A stretch of DNA of 64,000 bases from a virus (Duplodnaviria; Caudoviricetes): IMG/VR virus record IMGVR_UViG_2747842453_000002, positions 32,001 to 96,000 of that record, one strand, 5' to 3'. The translations under genes and the position numbers were made by a program. Shown in pieces: positions 1-8,636 of the stretch. How positions within the stretch are numbered: position 1 is the first letter of the stretch; the number at the start of each line of letters is the position of its first letter. The notes under the pieces were generated by a model. That model made no database searches. It was not told the origin of the DNA and saw nothing but the letters and a program-made list of their open reading frames with translations.

Positions 1-2
1 GA

Positions 3-758
3 CAACCCTTATACATAGGAATGAGAGCAACAGGCGATGTTCGTTTTCATGGCTATATTGCAGATTTTCGTTTTGTAAAAGGCCAAGCGTTGTATAATTC
101 CAACTTCGTTCCAAATTCATTACCTGCAACGTCTACTGGAATGGATATTCATCTAAAAGGTACTGAATCTTCTATAATAGATAAAACTCAAAATAAAACT
201 ATTCTCACTCTAGAAGGCAATACTACTGGTTCAACTACTCAAGTTAAGTTTGCAAATAGTAAGTCAATTTATGTTGATGGCAGTGGTGATAATGTAACTA
301 TCACAGATTTAGAAATGGGATCAGCAGATTTGACATTTGAATTATGGATGTATCAAGATGTTGCACAGAGTGCTTCTTATAGAGGTATATTAAGTGCAAG
401 TTCCTATACAGATAATAATCCATTTACTTTATATACACACAATTCAACATTACAGCTTTGGTTGAATCAAATGGATCCAAGTCCCAGTGCCAGTGGTCCA
501 TTTACTGCATTTACTTGGCATCATGTGGCAATAGTAAGAAATTCTGGCACATGGACTTTATATATTGATGGGATATCTGTTGGTACATCTACAACCGGTG
601 GAACTTATAACTTTACAAATACAATAGATTTTTTACTTGGTCAAAGGACTGGTGGATCATATGACTGGAAAGGTTATCTTCAAGATGTTAGATTCACAAA
701 AGGTGTAGCAAGATATACCGCTAACTTTACACCACCTACTAGTTCACTCAAAGGTTAA
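3..758 (+). CDS. Tail-associated protein with LamG/concanavalin-like domains, 5'-partial
   Basis: Frame is open from position 3. LamG motifs FELWMY, WHHVAIVR, WTLYIDG and GYLQDVRFTKGVARYTANFTPP. Confidence 0.8.
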   Translation, partial: QPLYIGMRATGDVRFHGYIADFRFVKGQALYNSNFVPNSLPATSTGMDIHLKGTESSIIDKTQNKTILTLEGNTTGSTTQVKFANSKSIYVDGSGDNVTITDLEMGSADLTFELWMYQDVAQSASYRGILSASSYTDNNPFTLYTHNSTLQLWLNQMDPSPSASGPFTAFTWHHVAIVRNSGTWTLYIDGISVGTSTTGGTYNFTNTIDFLLGQRTGGSYDWKGYLQDVRFTKGVARYTANFTPPTSSLKG

Positions 759-780
759 ATTTTTATATATATTAAAACTA

Positions 781-807
781 AAAAAGCGTTCAAAGAACGC
801 TTTTTTT
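781..807 (+). terminator. Intrinsic terminator
   Basis: AAAAAGCGTTC-AAA-GAACGCTTTTTTT directly after the stop codon. Confidence 0.85.
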
Positions 808-856
808 ATTGTTGCAGTAATTAATATATATACATATATAAGATTAAACATGATTT

Positions 857-864
857 GATAAATA
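857..864 (+). promoter_or_regulatory. Putative late promoter GATAAATA
   Basis: Variant of the T4 late promoter TATAAATA, recurring in intergenic gaps upstream of structural genes. Confidence 0.65.
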
Positions 865-902
865 CTTGTAACATTATAAAGTATACTTTAGGAGAATTAT
901 AA

Positions 903-1490
903 ATGGCATATGCTGTACAATTTAGACGTGGTACTACCGCAAACCACGCATCCTTCACGGGTGAGGCTGGTGAAGTAACTGTAAACACAACTACAAATGA
1001 ACTAGTAGTACATGATGGTACTACTGTTGGTGGGCATACAGTTGGCGGCGTATCGACTGATCCTTCATTTCAATCACTAACTGTTGTTGGTGACTTAGAC
1101 GTATCAGGTGCTACTAAACTAGCAGAAATACATGAAAATGTAACTACTAATATTAGTACAACTGGGACACTATTATTTGATGCTACTACACAAGGTGTTT
1201 TATTTGCTACTGTAGAACAAACTGCTGACAGAGAAATTAATTTTACAAATGTAAATTCAAGTCTTGCAGTTGGCGAAAGTTTCACTGCAGTAATACTATT
1301 GACACAGGGGACAACAGCGTACTATGTGAATGCATATAAAATTGATGATACAGTATGTACGCCAAAATGGTCTGGCGGTTCAGCACCAACAGAAGGAAAT
1401 GCAGATAGCATTGATACATACTCTTTTACAATTATCAAAACTGCTGATGCAACTTTCACTGTAATGGCAAGTCTCACACAATTTGCATAA
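903..1490 (+). CDS. Tail fibre protein with Mtd/hyaluronidase-type N-terminal domain
   Basis: N-terminus VQFRRGTTANHASFTGEAGEVTVNT..HDGTTVGGH; C-terminus KWSGGSAPT..DTYSF; GGAG RBS. Confidence 0.75.
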   Translation: MAYAVQFRRGTTANHASFTGEAGEVTVNTTTNELVVHDGTTVGGHTVGGVSTDPSFQSLTVVGDLDVSGATKLAEIHENVTTNISTTGTLLFDATTQGVLFATVEQTADREINFTNVNSSLAVGESFTAVILLTQGTTAYYVNAYKIDDTVCTPKWSGGSAPTEGNADSIDTYSFTIIKTADATFTVMASLTQFA

Positions 1491-1518
1491 AATTTAATAA
1501 TTCAATCGGAGATTTGAA

Positions 1519-1770
1519 ATGCCAAATAACTACAAAGGGCTGAATATATCAGGATTAAAATCAACAACTAAATTATCAAGAGTTCAAGTTGAACCAACTA
1601 TTGATTTTGTTGAGATTACAGATCGTGGATTACTTGATGAACCAATTGCAAAACTAAGAACAGCCGGTGCCGGTCATCAAAAAAGATCAAATGCAAGTCC
1701 AAAGTCTGCAATTGGTACATCTATTGATATGGGTGAATTATGGGAACCGGCATCAATCTATGATTATGGA
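1519..1770 (+). repeat. Direct repeat copy 1 (copy 2 at ~2787-3038)
   Basis: First 112 nt differ at one position, followed by a ~26-nt divergent patch and then ~100 nt near-identical. Confidence 0.95.
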
Positions 1771-2769
1771 GAAGTTGAAGAGGGTGCTTTCGCAGTAACA
1801 GAAGACGCTGTTTGGAGTGCTAGACGCAAATTAATGAACCCACCTCCTCCGCCGACAACACCATGGGTAAATAGAGATGATTGGAATGGTGGAACTACCA
1901 GTTACTATAGTGTTCCAACTGGTGATGGTACTTATGGTGCTCATGCTGGTATTCCTAGGGGTAATCAGAGATCAGTAACTTTTAACTCTGACGGTTCAAT
2001 TGGCTATATTATCGGACAAAGTTATATGAATGCATATAATTTATCAGTACCGTATGATCTTGATGCGTCTACAAGAACCAATAGTTATAGTTCATTTACT
2101 GTTACAAATGGATCAGGTAATGTTTCAGCATTAGAGGTGGTTGATAATGGTAACAGAGTTTTAAGAGGTTGGTATGATAGTGTGGCACTTTTTAATTTAC
2201 ATGAAAAAGACGTATTTACCTCGCCGTCTGCGTCTTCAACAGGTTTTCATATGGGTACGCTTACAACTAATCCAAGTTATTATAATTTTAATAATAGTGT
2301 GATGAGTTGGAACATTTCAGGAGATGGAACAAAACTAACTGCATTTATTCTTTGTTCATACTTATCTTACGATTCTGGTACTGATACATGGACCAGATAT
2401 CAAAGTGGTAGCACATACAATACTGGTGTAATTGTTTTCGATTTAACATCTGCATGGGATTTATCTACCGCCACATACTTTTCTTATGGCAATGTTAGTA
2501 ACAATTGGAATCAAACCAGACCTAAGGGGTTCATGGCTCCAGATGGCTTAACTATATGGCTACAGGGTCAAGGCCAAATAAAAATCTATTCATTAGCAAC
2601 TGCATTTGATATGTCATCAACTAGAACATTATTGAGCCAAGCAAATCACTCTAAGCAATTCACTGACACTACATTGACAGTGAGCCCAGATGGTAGATAT
2701 GCATATAGTACTCCAGACCAACCATCGAATGGTAACAGACTAGATATGACAGATTTCGGCGCACCATAA
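1519..2769 (+). CDS. Putative tail/receptor-binding protein: shared N-terminal module, Pro linker, beta-propeller-like C-terminus
   Basis: N-terminal ~105 aa paralogous to 2787..3884; PPPPP linker; repeats such as LTSAWDLSTA and LATAFDMSS. Confidence 0.65.
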   Translation: MPNNYKGLNISGLKSTTKLSRVQVEPTIDFVEITDRGLLDEPIAKLRTAGAGHQKRSNASPKSAIGTSIDMGELWEPASIYDYGEVEEGAFAVTEDAVWSARRKLMNPPPPPTTPWVNRDDWNGGTTSYYSVPTGDGTYGAHAGIPRGNQRSVTFNSDGSIGYIIGQSYMNAYNLSVPYDLDASTRTNSYSSFTVTNGSGNVSALEVVDNGNRVLRGWYDSVALFNLHEKDVFTSPSASSTGFHMGTLTTNPSYYNFNNSVMSWNISGDGTKLTAFILCSYLSYDSGTDTWTRYQSGSTYNTGVIVFDLTSAWDLSTATYFSYGNVSNNWNQTRPKGFMAPDGLTIWLQGQGQIKIYSLATAFDMSSTRTLLSQANHSKQFTDTTLTVSPDGRYAYSTPDQPSNGNRLDMTDFGAP

Positions 2770-2786
2770 TCAATTAGGAGAATACG

Positions 2787-3884
2787 ATGCCAAATAACTA
2801 CAAAGGGTTGAATATATCAGGATTAAAATCAACAACTAAATTATCAAGAGTTCAAGTTGAACCAACTATTGATTTTGTTGAGATTACAGATCGTGGATCA
2901 ATCAGTGAAAATCCTAGTAAATTGAGAACAGCCGGTGCCGGTCATCAAAAAAGATCAAATGCAAGTCCCAAGTCGGCAATTGGTACATCTATTGATATGG
3001 GTGGATTATGGGAACCGGCATCAGAATATGACTATGGTAACGTATCTGCCGATGCTTTTGCAGTCGAAGAAGACTCTGTTTGGATTAAACGAAGAAATTT
3101 ATATTCTGTTACAGCACCAACAGCACCATCTATAGAGTATGATACAACATTACTTATTAAAGGAGTTTTCAATCCACTCAGCGCGAGCCCATATGACAAC
3201 TTTAGCGTATCCACAGCAGATGGAACATTAGATGGCACTGAACGCGGACCGGGCTTGGGGCCAGTGGCTGGCACTTCTTTTGACGCAAATGAGTCACCAT
3301 ATGCTAGTGGCGCTGGGGCAACTTATCATTTGTCAAACCATTATTACAAAATTGGCAGTGATTACTATCCTCGGACCGGTGGTTTCACTGGTGCATTTAC
3401 ATTTGAGATGTGGATAAAATGTGAAGCATTACCACCAACAACTGGTGGGAACATTTTGGGATATGACGGCAACCAAGGCGGCAACAAAATATACATTGGT
3501 AATTCTGGAAATGGTAATAAGCTGTATTTCCATAATTGGCACAACGAACCGAGAGCCTGCGATCTCACAAGACACGACATCGGAGACGGAAATTGGCACC
3601 ATATTGCATGGACAAGAGATGATAATTTGGATAGTAGAGTATTTTATGATGGAGTACAGAAAAACACAAGCCCTACCAACGCGAACACTAACTACTATAA
3701 TCCTATAACTTTTCCTGATGCATCATGGAATGACACAAGACCGTGGCACACCCAATCACATCCGCCATACATACATTGTGCACAAACCAGTGGCTGGACT
3801 ACAGATGTTAGATGGATAAACGGTGGAGCATTGTATACTTCGTCGTTCACACCACCAACCGCACCTCTGACTGCTATTCCATAA
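2787..3884 (+). CDS. Putative tail/receptor-binding protein: shared N-terminal module plus LamG domain
   Basis: FTFEMWIK, WHHIAWTR, VFYDG and TDVRWING..YTSSFTPPTAPL LamG motifs. Confidence 0.75.
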   Translation: MPNNYKGLNISGLKSTTKLSRVQVEPTIDFVEITDRGSISENPSKLRTAGAGHQKRSNASPKSAIGTSIDMGGLWEPASEYDYGNVSADAFAVEEDSVWIKRRNLYSVTAPTAPSIEYDTTLLIKGVFNPLSASPYDNFSVSTADGTLDGTERGPGLGPVAGTSFDANESPYASGAGATYHLSNHYYKIGSDYYPRTGGFTGAFTFEMWIKCEALPPTTGGNILGYDGNQGGNKIYIGNSGNGNKLYFHNWHNEPRACDLTRHDIGDGNWHHIAWTRDDNLDSRVFYDGVQKNTSPTNANTNYYNPITFPDASWNDTRPWHTQSHPPYIHCAQTSGWTTDVRWINGGALYTSSFTPPTAPLTAIP

Positions 3885-3913
3885 AGAATTAGGAAAATTA
3901 CTATTATTAAGTT

Positions 3914-3948
3914 AAAACTCTAGCAATATTACATTGTTAGAGTTTTTT
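3914..3948 (+). terminator. Intrinsic terminator
   Basis: AAAACTCTAGCAAT-loop-ATTGTTAGAGTTTTTT. Confidence 0.7.
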
Positions 3949-3964
3949 ATTATTGATTATAAAA

Positions 3965-3972
3965 GATAAATA
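3965..3972 (+). promoter_or_regulatory. Putative late promoter GATAAATA
   Basis: Intergenic, between the terminator and the 4010 ORF. Confidence 0.65.
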
Positions 3973-4009
3973 CACTTGAGTTATTTAAATACACAGGAAC
4001 TATACTACA

Positions 4010-4999
4010 ATGAGACTATTTGATTTAATAGAAAATGAAAATACAAGGGTAGTTATTATCTATCCGGGAAGGTTTCATCCTTTTCATATTGGACATGGAA
4101 AAGTATTTAAGTATCTAAAACAGAAATTTAAAGGTGCACAAGTTTTTATTGCTAGTTCAGGCAAAACAGATGCGCATAAATCTCCATTTTCATTTGATGA
4201 AAAGAAACGTATGATGATGTTAGCAGGTGTTGATCCAAATTCAATAGTACAAGCAAAAATTCCATATGTTGCAAGTGAAATCACAGATAGATATGATCCT
4301 GATAACACAGTTGTTATATATGCGGTATCGGAAAAAGATATGGCCGAAGATCCAAGATTTGATTTTCCTACATCTGGACTAAAGACTAAAAAGAATGGTG
4401 ATCCAGCACATATTCAATTATGGCGAGGAATTGACAATGCAAAGTCACTAAGACAACATTCTTATATTGTAACAGTTCCTACATTTACCTTTAAAATTAG
4501 AGGCAAAGCAGTGAATAGTGCTACACAGATTCGAAATATGATTTCAACTGCGGACGACACAGCGTTAAATCAAATATTACAAGACTTGTACGGGCGCAGT
4601 GATATTCCAGAAAATGTAATAGAAATGTTTAAAAGAAAACTTGGAAGTTCAACTGTTAGTGAAAATTGGGAAGAAGAAGATTTATATTCAATATTACTTG
4701 AAGCAGAATTGCAGCATCAGATGATCACAGAAGACAAATCTGATGTGGAATCCTTTGATGTTAAAACTGCAAGAGCATTGAATAATTTAAAAGTTAAATA
4801 TCCAGGTGCTGATAATTTATTAGGTGCATTAGTTGCTGATGTAGAAGATTCACAAACAGTAAGCAAGAAAAATGATATACAACATAGTATTGACATTGCA
4901 ACAGTTGAAGACAAAATAGATAACAGTATTGCCAAATTAGAGAAACAAATAAATTCACTAACACAGGAATTGAAAAATCTAAAGACTAGTAGAAAATAA
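4010..4999 (+). CDS. HIGH-superfamily nucleotidyltransferase (cytidylyl/NMN-adenylyltransferase-like) with C-terminal extension
   Basis: PGRFHPFHIGH (HxGH), SPFSFDEK and NSATQIR motifs. Confidence 0.8.
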   Translation: MRLFDLIENENTRVVIIYPGRFHPFHIGHGKVFKYLKQKFKGAQVFIASSGKTDAHKSPFSFDEKKRMMMLAGVDPNSIVQAKIPYVASEITDRYDPDNTVVIYAVSEKDMAEDPRFDFPTSGLKTKKNGDPAHIQLWRGIDNAKSLRQHSYIVTVPTFTFKIRGKAVNSATQIRNMISTADDTALNQILQDLYGRSDIPENVIEMFKRKLGSSTVSENWEEEDLYSILLEAELQHQMITEDKSDVESFDVKTARALNNLKVKYPGADNLLGALVADVEDSQTVSKKNDIQHSIDIATVEDKIDNSIAKLEKQINSLTQELKNLKTSRK

Positions 5000-5018
5000 A
5001 GAATATGTGAGAAGATAG

Positions 5019-6737
5019 ATGAAAATTAATGAATTAGATAAAAATATAGGTGTAACACAACAACAACTAGATTCACTTGAAAATGTTCTAGATCGTGTAT
5101 TTGCAAGTGTAGGCATTGATGTTGAGTTTACAAAACACTTTATAGATCGTGTTAATGATGAACGTAATATTCGTCCTATAACTATCAAAGAACTTGCAAT
5201 GTTATTTAAAAAAGAATTTGTTAAATATGGTAAACCAATTGCACAACTAGGCCCAGATGCTCAAGCAGTAATGAAGGACTTAGAAACTGATATTAATATA
5301 CCATTTGTTCTTAATTGGAATGGCGAAGAATTAGAACTAGTTGCAAAAACTGTAATGCGCAAAAAAGATTTTAAATCATCAAATAAAGAATTTGCAGTTG
5401 AAAGTGATGATATTATGGTAAAAGGAAAAAAATCAGATTTTCCAGACAATTATGATGCTACTAACGACACAACATTTAATGATTTTTCTAAAAAAGAATT
5501 TAAACAGGTCGCTATGAAGGCTATCTCATCTCTTAATAAGCAAGAACAAATGGTAATAAAGGCAAGATTTGGATTAGAACCATTCAATACATCATACACG
5601 CTACAACAAATAGCAGATGCTATGAATTTGAGCAGGACACGTATTCGCCAGATTCAAGACAGAGCATTACGTATACTAAAACATCCGAGCCGCTCAAGAG
5701 GCATGAGAAGTTATCTGAACCAGAGTAAAGAATTCACAGTTGAAAGTGATAACCAATCTGGTGTGTATTCCGATGAAAAGAATAACGTTGAAATTCATTG
5801 GAAACGAATAGATCATCCCAGCGTAGCAAAAGATCATCTAGACATAGAAGCATATCAAAATGGCAAGCGCGTGGATATTAATAATCAACAAGCAGATCAT
5901 TATAGATATTTAATTAATCAGGAAATGAATGAAACTGAAACATTGGGATCTAAAATAAACTTTCCTGGAATGTCTGGCACAACAGTAAATACATCGACCA
6001 CTACTAAAACAAGAGTGCCAACTCCTAAACCAGCTAGAAATAGATTTGACAAAATTGTAAATTGGAGTAAAAGTTTATTCAATTCAGAAGGAATAAATGA
6101 AGATATCGGTTCATTACCTCCATTAGTAGACTTGATTGTTCTTGCTGTACTAGCACAGACTACAGTTGCTGGTATTAAAACAATGTTTAAAGTTGCAGTT
6201 AAAACTGGCAAAGGTCTTAACAAACTTCGTAAACTTACAAAACAAGCAGGTATAGCATTAGATGCCAAGTTATCAGAAAGTGAAATGGTAGAAGATTTTT
6301 TAGCAGATAAGTCTGAACAAGAAAAGAAATTTTGGAATGCAGCATTGGAAGCACTACATAGATTACAAGGATCTAAAGAGTCAAAACAGTCAATTGAAAG
6401 TTATGCGTTTGACATTGCAAGATCATTCAATGGAATGAGTTCAAAAGAATTATTGGCATTGTATAAATTAAAATATGGAATTGATGAGACTTTAGAAGAA
6501 GCAAAACAAAGTAATCCATTAGTAGTATTGGACAAACTTGCAGATAGATCAGACAACAATGCATTTCCTGTCAAGTTTTATGATGATACTGTAATAAAAG
6601 TAACACCCAAAAAAGCAAAGAAATTTATGGATGTATACTATCAAATGGCAGATGAACAACGTGATGTTATCAACAAATATATAAAAACGAAAAAAGGATT
6701 TATGCAGGCTATTAACGATTTTAATATTCCTATATAG
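5019..6737 (+). CDS. Polyvalent, probably head-packaged protein containing a sigma-70 region 4 module
   Basis: MKINEL start; modules separated by hydrophobic-X-E; TLQQIADAMNLSRTRIRQIQDRALRILKHPSRSR resembles RpoD region 4.2. Confidence 0.7.
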   Translation: MKINELDKNIGVTQQQLDSLENVLDRVFASVGIDVEFTKHFIDRVNDERNIRPITIKELAMLFKKEFVKYGKPIAQLGPDAQAVMKDLETDINIPFVLNWNGEELELVAKTVMRKKDFKSSNKEFAVESDDIMVKGKKSDFPDNYDATNDTTFNDFSKKEFKQVAMKAISSLNKQEQMVIKARFGLEPFNTSYTLQQIADAMNLSRTRIRQIQDRALRILKHPSRSRGMRSYLNQSKEFTVESDNQSGVYSDEKNNVEIHWKRIDHPSVAKDHLDIEAYQNGKRVDINNQQADHYRYLINQEMNETETLGSKINFPGMSGTTVNTSTTTKTRVPTPKPARNRFDKIVNWSKSLFNSEGINEDIGSLPPLVDLIVLAVLAQTTVAGIKTMFKVAVKTGKGLNKLRKLTKQAGIALDAKLSESEMVEDFLADKSEQEKKFWNAALEALHRLQGSKESKQSIESYAFDIARSFNGMSSKELLALYKLKYGIDETLEEAKQSNPLVVLDKLADRSDNNAFPVKFYDDTVIKVTPKKAKKFMDVYYQMADEQRDVINKYIKTKKGFMQAINDFNIPI

Positions 6738-6747
6738 TAACTATACC

Positions 6748-8469
6748 ATGAACATAAATGAAATACAATCACCAAAGATAAAAATTACAGACAATACACT
6801 AACGGAATCTGTAAATAAAGTAGTGGCGATTAATGAAGGTTACAAGTTACAACTAGAGCGTGACACTGATATGATGGTGTTACATATTACTGATACGGCA
6901 ACTGGCAAGCGTACAGAAGTTCGTGGTAAGAGTGGCTACGAAACAGGCGGATATGATTCAACAGATAGCTTGCATATTCTACTAGACAAGATAGGCAAAA
7001 GTGCTAATATCAGTGACCTAATGAATGGCGATACTGTTGGCATTAATCCTAAACATCCTAAAGGTGCAAGTGCAAACGCTGCAGCAACTACAGCGTTTAA
7101 TGAATCCTTAAACAACCCATATCCATTTAATCTTACTGGACCAAGTGAGTCACAAGAATTTTCAGCAATTGCAAAAACACCAAATGGTGTGTTAAGAATG
7201 GACTTTGAAACAACTGACTATGATAACTTTGGTATTGACTTTTCAGTTGGCAAGAGCATGGGCAAAACAGATGCAGGTGACGAGTTTAGAGTATTCTCAA
7301 CTGTAGTTGCAATGATGACAAAGTGGATCAAAACAGTTGGTATTGAACACGTAGAAAGTTTTGATTTTGGTGCTAACAAAGGTGAACATGCTAGTGACGG
7401 CAGAGCAAAACTGTATACTAGATTTGCTAAACAACTTGCTAGTAAACTAGGTTGGAAGTTAGAGCAAAGTACCACAAGAGATAATAACACAGCATTCTTT
7501 AGACTAGTTAATCCTAAACCAATACCACGTGAACAAGAGTATTGGGATGCACTAGATGAAGGAGTTGAAGTATCGTTACACGGTGATGCTAAAAAAGGTT
7601 ATGTGTTATCTAAGATTGAAGTATCAGGCGATGAGCGTAATGCTGGTCAAGGTACAAAAGCAATGCAAGACATTGTTGACAGAATGGATAGAGAAGGTGC
7701 TATTATCGCACTAACACCAGACGATGCGTTTGGTGGAAACAAGAATAGATTAATCAAATTCTATAAGCGTTTTGGTTTCGTACCAAACAAAGGTCGTAAC
7801 AAAGATTTTCGTTTTAGAGAAACAATGATCCGTTATCCACAAGGCAACGAAAGTGTTAATGAAGTATCAAAAGAAGAGTTTGATGCTATTCAGAATGGAT
7901 ACGTTGATATTGAGTTTGATAAGAAATGGTGGCCTCTAAACGATGATTATCCACTGGTCAAACATATAGGTAATGCTATTGGTGCAACTAGTTGGACTAG
8001 TTGGGGCAAAGTTGGAGTTCCATGGTCTGAAACAGAAATGATTGGTGGGGGTGGCACATATATGCTTAAAGGAGACTTTGGACATATACTGTTGGATACT
8101 GCAAAGAGTTATCGCCCAGATAAAATCGTAATGTCACAAATATCAACGTCCAAACGAGGCGGTGGCATTGGTGCTAAAGTTATGAATGCAATAAAATCAT
8201 ATTCAGATCAAAACAAATTACCATTAACAATATATAAAGTAACTAATCAGAAGTTTTTTGACAAGTTTGAATGGCTAAAAAAGACAGGTGTTGATACATA
8301 CGAATATAGTGTCAATGAAGTTAAAGAATCTGCTGGTGTTGGTCGTGTCGTAAAAGGTGTTAACACTACTGTTGACGTAGGTGTAGATGAAATCATCAAT
8401 CAAGTCAAAAAGTTTGGCAATGATGTTGATAGAGATGGCAAACCAAAAAAGAATTTAAGAAACAAATGA
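6748..8469 (+). CDS. Polyvalent, probably head-packaged protein with two GNAT-like modules
   Basis: MNINEI start; RNAGQGTKAM..FYKRFGF and KRGGGIGAKVM..FFDKF acetyl-CoA-binding-type motifs; INE/FNE/LDE/VNE linkers. Confidence 0.65.
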   Translation: MNINEIQSPKIKITDNTLTESVNKVVAINEGYKLQLERDTDMMVLHITDTATGKRTEVRGKSGYETGGYDSTDSLHILLDKIGKSANISDLMNGDTVGINPKHPKGASANAAATTAFNESLNNPYPFNLTGPSESQEFSAIAKTPNGVLRMDFETTDYDNFGIDFSVGKSMGKTDAGDEFRVFSTVVAMMTKWIKTVGIEHVESFDFGANKGEHASDGRAKLYTRFAKQLASKLGWKLEQSTTRDNNTAFFRLVNPKPIPREQEYWDALDEGVEVSLHGDAKKGYVLSKIEVSGDERNAGQGTKAMQDIVDRMDREGAIIALTPDDAFGGNKNRLIKFYKRFGFVPNKGRNKDFRFRETMIRYPQGNESVNEVSKEEFDAIQNGYVDIEFDKKWWPLNDDYPLVKHIGNAIGATSWTSWGKVGVPWSETEMIGGGGTYMLKGDFGHILLDTAKSYRPDKIVMSQISTSKRGGGIGAKVMNAIKSYSDQNKLPLTIYKVTNQKFFDKFEWLKKTGVDTYEYSVNEVKESAGVGRVVKGVNTTVDVGVDEIINQVKKFGNDVDRDGKPKKNLRNK

Positions 8470-8503
8470 TGTATAAAATCAACGAACACATAGGAGCAAT
8501 GAA

Positions 8504-8608
8504 ATGCCAATAATGTTACCAACTCGTCCAAGGGATGGAAAAGAAGTAAAAGTAAATAATAAAACATTTCGTTGGAATCAAAGTAAAAACAGATGGGAAA
8601 TGGTATAA
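8504..8608 (+). CDS. 34-aa microprotein, not in ORF track
   Basis: MPIMLPTRPRDGKEVKVNNKTFRWNQSKNRWEMV; AGGAG upstream; fills the intergenic gap. Confidence 0.6.
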   Translation: MPIMLPTRPRDGKEVKVNNKTFRWNQSKNRWEMV

Positions 8609-8636
8609 TTACCATTTATAATTTAGGAGAGTTATA

